A stretch of DNA of 61,987 bases from Thermoplasmata archaeon (lineage in GTDB: Archaea; Thermoplasmatota; Thermoplasmata; RBG-16-68-12; JAFNFQ01). Position numbers and translations under genes: made by a program. The stretch spans positions 1-61,987 of the forward strand of contig JBGPQV010000015.1 in assembly GCA_041489255.1 (NCBI GenBank). The letters run 5' to 3'. This document shows positions 55,767 to 61,987 of this stretch, piece by piece (within the stretch, counting starts at the first letter, position 1; each line of letters opens with the position of its first letter). The notes beneath the pieces are model-generated. The model did not search any database. It worked only from the letters and a program-made list of their open reading frames with translations, and was not told where the DNA came from.

Positions 55767-58414
55767 TCTACCACCGCATAATTGATTTCAGCGAGCAGCG
55801 ACTCAAGAGTCCCGTCGAAGTCAGCATTCGCCGTCTTCCATCCGCCATGCCTTGAGAAGGGGATATCCTCGAAGTGCTGAGGTTCGATGAGCAGGTTTGT
55901 CATGAGATGGTAGCGGATCATCTGAAGCCAGGCCTCTTGCGGTGGTGTGAAGTTCTTGCCGGCTTTCACCTTTGCGATTGCTTTGTCGATGCGTTCCCCG
56001 GGAAGCATGAACGGTTCACCGTTTGCGGCATGGCGGATTATTGTTATGATGTCGGCAAGTTCCTGATGATACGCTCTTCTCAGGTTCTCCTCGGTGAATC
56101 TCTCCGGCTTCTCAGCCAGCTTTCTGCGGAGTTCTCCGAGAACTTTCGTGTTGAAGTCCCGAGGACGCTCCAGGAGGATCGCCAGAGCATCGATTCTGTC
56201 GGGGTTCTCCCGCACGAATCTCTCGAACGCCTGCAGATAGTCTTCTGGTTTGAGCTCGCGACCATCAGCAGTCCTGAAGAAATAGGTCGAGGCCACCCTG
56301 TCTTCAACCGTGGAAGCCACCACGAATGTGCGTCCAGCCCGCGGATAGTCCTCGAGGAGCTGCTGGAAAGCTTCGTTCTTCAGCACCGCCATGGTGCCAG
56401 TCCAATCCTCTTCGAGCGACTTCTCCAGACGGCGGGCAAATGCGCTTATGTCCCCGTCGGGAATGAAGGCACCGAATCGGTCCCGACCTTCTCGGGACAC
56501 ATCCTTAGCTATGCGTTGAAACCGTCTCTCCAGGACAATAACGTTGTATTCCCGGTCTTGATTGTTGTCTACCGCCCGTATCACGTCTCCGAACGATCGA
56601 GAGGGCTTGTCAGGAGGTTCTGCCGTGAAATCGCTTGCGTGCTTGAAGTAGGAGAGCACACCGACCGCGTCAAAGACCATAAAGTGGGTCTTATGGAGGT
56701 CCTCGCACCTGCGCGTGCCGCGACCTAACATCTGCTCAAACAGGATTCGGGACTTGACCGGTCTTATGAAGAGCAGGGCCTCGGCCTTGGGTATGTCCAC
56801 GCCTGTCGTGAGCATGTCCACGGTGACGGCAATCGCAGGCTCATCCCGATTCCTGAACTCACGTATCCTTCGCAAAGGCCTGTCAACCGTCGGGCTCCCG
56901 GTGATCTTGACGACGTAGCTGTCTCCTCGGCCACACTTGTCTCTAAGGATATTCATCAACTGGTCTGCATGTGACGTGTGGGGAAGGTCGTTCACCGCGA
57001 AGACTATTGTTTTCGGGAATCGTCCGAACCTTCGCTCGTGTTCGCGAGCGTGTTTGAGGAACTCATCGACTATCTTGCGGTTGCTGTCCGGGGAGGTCAC
57101 CCTTCTCTCGACATCGGAAGCGTCGAATTCCCTCTCGTCCTCAAGTACATCGTAATATCGACCGCCAGTCACGGTGTCTATCAATTGTATCTCCTCGCCC
57201 GGCGCGAGGAAGACTCCGTTCATCCGGATGTCGGATTCGATGATCACAGGGTCGTAATCGACCAAGTAGCCTTCCCGCACAGCCCTTTCATATTCGTAGC
57301 GGAAAACGATGTCCTGGAAGTATGCCTTCGTGTGCGCCGCCGGGGTAGCTGTCAGCCCTATCTTGACGGCATCGAAGTGTTCGAGAACCTCCCGCCACTT
57401 GCTCTCCTCAGCAGACGTGTAGCCTCTATGGCACTCGTCTGCAACTATGCAGTCGAATGCATGGATTGGTATGTTGAGATGTTCCGCTTCAATGTCTTCG
57501 TCTAGATCACCAGATGAGGCGGAAGGCTCCGCGGGCAACCCGAACAGGTTGATTCTCATGCGCTGTATGGTGCAAATGTAGACGAACGCATGTCCCGGTT
57601 CAGGATTGGTCAGATATTCGTTAGGAAGGACTTTCGGATCGAACTTCTGGTCTTCCCCCAGGTCTTCCCTCTGGAAGCGCTGAGTGTAGACCTCGTAGGT
57701 ACGGTCAAACTTGAGACCCGGCTCGGCTTCAAATGCAGCCATCTCTCCAGCAGCCTGCGCGGCCAAAGCACGGCGGTCGACGAGCCAGAGGATTCTTCTC
57801 GCGTACCCCGACTTGAGCAGCCGATAAATAAGTGCAATCGTGGTGACTGTCTTTCCTGTGCCTGTGGCCATTGCCACGAGCATCCTCCTCTTATCTTCCA
57901 TCAGGGAATCTTCGACGCTCTGGATGGCGTCTTTCTGGTAGGGTCTCAGCCATGGATGATCAACGGGATGATAACGCAGCCAACCTTTCGTTGTCTCGAT
58001 GTCTCTTCCCATCATTTCCTTCAGGGCAGATGGGGTGTGAAATCCTGCGACTTGCCTGGACCTGCTGGTGCTTTCCCGCAGATCTCTGAACCAGAAGGAG
58101 ACACCGTTGGTCGAGTAGGCGAAAGGAAGATGGTAGCCGCCAAAGTCGAAGGGACTGTCTTCGAAATCGCGCGAGTACCGTTGAGCTTGACTCAGGACAT
58201 TCTGTGGCCCGAGAGCCACTCTTTTCCCCTCGACTGCGGCCAAGGGAACCCCGTCATGAATCAGGACATAGTCTGCCGGACCTGAAGCCGTCGGATATTC
58301 CTCAACTGCTCCGTGCTGATATGACTCTCCGCTGACGTATGGGACGATTGGCCCCCAGCCCGCATCCGTCAATGCCTTATCGATAAGGTTCTTTCTCGTG
58401 GTCGCCTCGTCCAT
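55763..58414 (-). CDS. hsdR: Type I R-M restriction subunit
   Basis: PADYVL...VEGKR nuclease motif, MATGTGKT, DECHRG, GLTATP, LTTGVD, QMLGRGTR; ATGA overlap with hsdM. Confidence 0.95.
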   Translation of the reverse strand: MDEATTRKNLIDKALTDAGWGPIVPYVSGESYQHGAVEEYPTASGPADYVLIHDGVPLAAVEGKRVALGPQNVLSQAQRYSRDFEDSPFDFGGYHLPFAYSTNGVSFWFRDLRESTSRSRQVAGFHTPSALKEMMGRDIETTKGWLRYHPVDHPWLRPYQKDAIQSVEDSLMEDKRRMLVAMATGTGKTVTTIALIYRLLKSGYARRILWLVDRRALAAQAAGEMAAFEAEPGLKFDRTYEVYTQRFQREDLGEDQKFDPKVLPNEYLTNPEPGHAFVYICTIQRMRINLFGLPAEPSASSGDLDEDIEAEHLNIPIHAFDCIVADECHRGYTSAEESKWREVLEHFDAVKIGLTATPAAHTKAYFQDIVFRYEYERAVREGYLVDYDPVIIESDIRMNGVFLAPGEEIQLIDTVTGGRYYDVLEDEREFDASDVERRVTSPDSNRKIVDEFLKHAREHERRFGRFPKTIVFAVNDLPHTSHADQLMNILRDKCGRGDSYVVKITGSPTVDRPLRRIREFRNRDEPAIAVTVDMLTTGVDIPKAEALLFIRPVKSRILFEQMLGRGTRRCEDLHKTHFMVFDAVGVLSYFKHASDFTAEPPDKPSRSFGDVIRAVDNNQDREYNVIVLERRFQRIAKDVSREGRDRFGAFIPDGDISAFARRLEKSLEEDWTGTMAVLKNEAFQQLLEDYPRAGRTFVVASTVEDRVASTYFFRTADGRELKPEDYLQAFERFVRENPDRIDALAILLERPRDFNTKVLGELRRKLAEKPERFTEENLRRAYHQELADIITIIRHAANGEPFMLPGERIDKAIAKVKAGKNFTPPQEAWLQMIRYHLMTNLLIEPQHFEDIPFSRHGGWKTANADFDGTLESLLAEINYAVVE

Positions 58415-58623
58415 TTTTCCCCACACGGTAATTGCCTAGATACCCCGACTCCTTATAAATTGTTAATTCCCGCCGGAGTTCGTATCATTACGGCGGGAAA
58501 GGTACGAGGAGAAAATTAGGCAAATTGCAGCGATTGGCCACTAGATGGGGAAGGCCCTGTGGCGAAGCGGAACGGAATGATGGACCCATGAATCCGGGCG
58601 GGGGCGTGAAGCGCTTGGCGGCA

Positions 58624-59733
58624 CTACGAATATCTACAAGCTTCCCCAATGGCCACATCAACAGATGTGAAATTCGAATCTCCAAATCGCGTCTCCAATG
58701 TCGTGACTTTCCCCTTAAACCCTTTTAGCTTCGGCACAATATCCCGTGCGTGCGGGTGAACTAGGACTAGCTGAGTATCCTTGCGACTGTTGGCGAAAAA
58801 GATGTCACGGATGATGCGGTCACCGAAAGAGTAGCCCAAAACCAACCAGACCTTGCCCATATCGAGCTCTCTGTTGAGCCTGAGATACAGGGTCTGGAAT
58901 GGTTCGACGTGCAGCGCTTTCTCTTCAATCGGATAGATCATCAAGCGACCCGAAAAACTGCGAGCATAGGAAGTGGTCATCCCGCTTGGGGCAGACTCCT
59001 GTTCGGTGAGTCCCCAATAGTCATGCTGAAACCATGTCACCGATCCGTGCAACTTGTATAAACGCAGGGTGTCTTCTCTATGGAGAAGTTCAGGATCATA
59101 CCGGAGCATTTTCGCGGGCGCGTGGTAGCCGAAGCCAGTGTTTAAACCAATCTTGACCGTATCGATCCAATAGCTTTCCAAGACTGCATCGTAGTTTGTG
59201 GTGAACAAAGGCCAGTTGTTCATGACATACTTGCCGTCGCGTCCCGTGGGTGCACCACCCACAACGCTTCCGACGCGCGCGAAGAAGTCCCTGTATACGG
59301 TCTCGATTCTCTCCTTCTGACCACTATTTATTTGGCAGACATCTTGGATGAAAGCCTCGAAATCGGAGCGAAGCGCATCTGCGACCTTGACTTCGCTTTC
59401 GTCGGGCGGCGCAATTCCGGCCTCATTGCCCCCGGAGGTTACGGGAGCGGATTGGGTCTTGGACGATTTCGATATGTGGTAGAGGGCGGCCAAACCCATT
59501 TTCTCAGGGGACCATTCAACGATGGAGTCCACTATTGTGAAGACTGATTCGAGGTCAACAGGCCTGCCGAGGTTGGAATCAAGGAAATCGCGGATTGACT
59601 GATAGAGTCTGCGCTCGTCCCCCTTTGCGATGCCATCGAGCTTCTCCTCGAACATCCTGACCATCTCTTGCATTGTTGGGATACCGAATGGGGCGGATGC
59701 GCCAGCCCCGAAGAAGAACACGATGTTGACCAT
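58624..59733 (-). CDS. SIR2-like (SIR2_2) protein
   Basis: FFGAGAS..FGIPTM, FTTNYD, LYKLHGS, VLGYSFGD. Confidence 0.9.
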   Translation of the reverse strand: MVNIVFFFGAGASAPFGIPTMQEMVRMFEEKLDGIAKGDERRLYQSIRDFLDSNLGRPVDLESVFTIVDSIVEWSPEKMGLAALYHISKSSKTQSAPVTSGGNEAGIAPPDESEVKVADALRSDFEAFIQDVCQINSGQKERIETVYRDFFARVGSVVGGAPTGRDGKYVMNNWPLFTTNYDAVLESYWIDTVKIGLNTGFGYHAPAKMLRYDPELLHREDTLRLYKLHGSVTWFQHDYWGLTEQESAPSGMTTSYARSFSGRLMIYPIEEKALHVEPFQTLYLRLNRELDMGKVWLVLGYSFGDRIIRDIFFANSRKDTQLVLVHPHARDIVPKLKGFKGKVTTLETRFGDSNFTSVDVAIGEACRYS

Positions 59734-59844
59734 CGCATCTAGCGAGCGCCTTTCCCCATCTTAAACCAATCGACGTTTCAAGAGAATCAGAGGGAGGTCG
59801 AGGACATCATCGCGGAGGAGTAGCTGAACTGGAACAATAACACC

Positions 59845-60333
59845 TCAGCCGTTGCATGTGCAGCTCGTGACCTGAAGAGTTGTGGGGAACTCTGGTCTAC
59901 TCCAATGCCATTGTAATGTGGTTCTGTAGTCATAGTCTGGCGGGAAATCCCCACTGAGATTGAACGTTTGATGCTCCCAGTATTTCGACCCGTTCTGAAA
60001 ACCGAAGGTGAAGTTGACCGTGAAATTGGTGCACTGCTGATTCCGAAGAGTCTGTATATTCTCATACATGAAGGTGACATTGAGGGAAATCCAGACACCT
60101 CCATGCCCATCTAGGGTTGGGACTGGAGGGTCGTAGCTCAGACATCCCTCGGGGCAGGAGTGTCGACCGGAGGGTGTTGCTCTCTTGAGGGTTGACAGGT
60201 AGAATGCCACGGCGAGGATGACGACGGCGATGATCATCAGTGCTAGTAGAGCAAGCCACTGCTTTCGCTTACGCTTCTCTTCAGCTTCCCTTTCCTTGTG
60301 CAAGCGCCCTCGGGATTTCATAGACGCATTCAT
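59845..60333 (-). CDS. Single-TM hypothetical protein with an extracellular Cys-containing domain
   Basis: Basic N-terminus, one TM, NxT/S sequons, several Cys. Confidence 0.6.
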   Translation of the reverse strand: MNASMKSRGRLHKEREAEEKRKRKQWLALLALMIIAVVILAVAFYLSTLKRATPSGRHSCPEGCLSYDPPVPTLDGHGGVWISLNVTFMYENIQTLRNQQCTNFTVNFTFGFQNGSKYWEHQTFNLSGDFPPDYDYRTTLQWHWSRPEFPTTLQVTSCTCNG

Positions 60334-60565
60334 TCTTCATATCAGGGGCGATGATAAAGATGTGGGTGAGGACGGAGAATGTGGTGTTGGCTGTGAAATC
60401 GCTCAAGTAGGAATTGGAAAGGTGCCCCGCCCTCGGGAGTGGCCTAAGACGACGGCGTGCGGTTGGTTGAGGGGCCCGTCGTCTCGCACTACCCATAGAC
60501 TTTCATTCCATGGTGTTAGTCCGGCAAAACAGTTTTAAGGCTGCCGCCACCTCTCTCCATTGCCG

Positions 60566-61138
60566 ATGTCAGAACTCACCGACTTGGGGCTGGTGGCGGC
60601 GACGATCGTCGTGGCCTTCGCCACGGCGGTACTCGCGACGTTCACATGGCTGCTGTGGCGGACGAACAAGCAGCTCGCGAAGGTCGAGGAGCGCCGAGCG
60701 GCTATCGAAGCGCGGCGGCGCCGGTACATGCGGATCGCCTGGAAGGTCGAGCTCGCGGAACGGATATTGAAGGAGGATCGGGCGCGCTTCCTCCCGACTG
60801 TGGACAAGGCGAGCGGAGGAGGTTGGTATCGAGCCGAACTGAATTCGACCCCTACCGGAGCCCCCTGGTTGAGGCACTTCGCACGCCTAGTCGACCCCCA
60901 AGACGGAATTTCCGCCAGCACATTAACCGCACTCTTGGAGGTTCTCGACGCGATGAACCATGAGGGGACCTCGATCGATGAGGACAACATGGAGAGAAAA
61001 TTCTTCACGCCGTTGCAGGTCTTGCGCGACGGCATCTACAATCGACCTGAAGGCGGGGGCGATAACCTACTGACGAAGTGGCGCGCGGAGATGGACAAGC
61101 TCGCCGCGGGCGAGGAAGTGCCGCCGCCAATCAAGTAA
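60566..61138 (+). CDS. N-terminally anchored hypothetical protein
   Basis: TM (LVAATIVVAFATAVLATFTWLLW) followed by a helical domain. Confidence 0.7.
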   Translation: MSELTDLGLVAATIVVAFATAVLATFTWLLWRTNKQLAKVEERRAAIEARRRRYMRIAWKVELAERILKEDRARFLPTVDKASGGGWYRAELNSTPTGAPWLRHFARLVDPQDGISASTLTALLEVLDAMNHEGTSIDEDNMERKFFTPLQVLRDGIYNRPEGGGDNLLTKWRAEMDKLAAGEEVPPPIK

Positions 61139-61438
61139 CCAGGTCGCAAGAGGACGGAGGGAAGCTGGAAGTGCCCTCCCGATGCGACTCGCCGTCGGGC
61201 TGTTCGAAAAAAGGTAAGGGTGCCCCCGCCCGTCAGAGCTGAGGCTTCACGCGGGGGACAGTTTGAGGAAGTGCGACTCCTATGGAGCGGTCAGGATTTT
61301 CGGAGCCTTATAGGGATTTAAGAAGAACTTTTCAGAGCTTGTAAGGTGTCTTGATCAAAGGTTCGATTTCTCGCAGAACTTCAGAAACCAGCTCCTCGAC
61401 CCCGCGTTCAGCCTTCGCGACTTCCTCAGTCAGGCGGC

Positions 61439-61987
61439 CTAGGGCATGAACGGGACGACCCAGTTCGCCGCAGAGTCAACATATATCCAGTAGCCGCTTC
61501 CGCCCGACAAGATGTCCGAAGGGCCGAGCCGTCTGAGGTAGTATGGCCCAGCAAACGAGTCGTAGCCCTCGATGGCCCTGAAGTTGCCGCCAAGACCGGC
61601 CACCGCGTCGGCGACGGCGCGTGGCAGGGTAGACGGAAAGCCGACGAAGTTCCAGCCTGGTTTCAACTGCACGATTGTTGATGGCTCTATCGGGCCGGCC
61701 ACGGTCAGCAGACTCGAGCTCGTGATGCCGATCCAGAAAGCCTGGAATGGCGTGAACGTGTCAAAGTCGTTGTATTGGCGACTCGGAGCGTACGACTGCC
61801 ACGGATCTGGGAGACCGAGCTCATAAGTCCTGATGTGGTTGAAAGCGACGCCTCTCAAGACGATGCTCAATGAGTAATCAGCCAACGGAACTGGTATCGA
61901 GACAAGATGCTCGCCGGGCACCAGTTGGCTGACGAACTTCACCGCCTGCGCGATGCTTCTGATCACCCCGGTTGTCCCGTTCGTCTG
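61439..61987 (-). CDS. C-terminal part of a large surface protein (truncated by the window end)
   Basis: Repeated L.PG..LVS.P / LKPGWNFVGFP ... GSGYWI motifs. Confidence 0.65.
   Translation of the reverse strand, partial: QTNGTTGVIRSIAQAVKFVSQLVPGEHLVSIPVPLADYSLSIVLRGVAFNHIRTYELGLPDPWQSYAPSRQYNDFDTFTPFQAFWIGITSSSLLTVAGPIEPSTIVQLKPGWNFVGFPSTLPRAVADAVAGLGGNFRAIEGYDSFAGPYYLRRLGPSDILSGGSGYWIYVDSAANWVVPFMP

Larger units (their letters stand above)
29280..61987. other. Accessory/defence island (no integrase or tRNA att site visible in the window)
   Basis: Abrupt loss of housekeeping genes after pdhC, altered codon usage, many gene fragments, nucleases, R-M, TIR and SIR2. Confidence 0.75.

Overview
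Archaeal DNA, most likely Thermoplasmata. This is inferred from the gene set (PurP, KptA, DtdA, archaeal Hpt, DUF835, GvpD/KaiC-like ATPase, ATP-dependent ligase) and from TATA boxes and GTG/TTG starts. Bases 1-29.3 kb are a GC-rich housekeeping region: purine and MTA salvage, repair genes (a UDG-NUDIX fusion, PolX, ligase), transporters, and pdhB/pdhC split by two paralogous surface proteins. From about 29.3 kb to the end is an accessory/defence island with PIN and NYN RNases, HNH fragments, a NucS-like nuclease, a UDG-like protein, TIR and SIR2 proteins, a complete type I R-M system and IS remnants. The best candidate for an undescribed system occurs twice. Each copy has a ~125-aa all-helical protein (the two are about 33% identical, ungapped, by manual count), a shared hairpin + TTTTTCTTTTTTCG terminator, and an array of 15-20+ units with 21-bp period made of a ~10-bp conserved core and a ~11-bp variable linker. 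The core differs between the copies: CGGRRCAATYG at 30.8-31.2 kb and CTCCACATGT at 44.7-45.0 kb. Other leads are a repeated GATTACAC+hairpin RNA leader before the NYN RNase, a decayed repeated backbone (300-bp repeat, small gene X, HNH) carrying different cargo genes, and an RHH / SocA-like+zf-HC2 / MtlD-like operon. All family calls come from motif recognition, not database searches.
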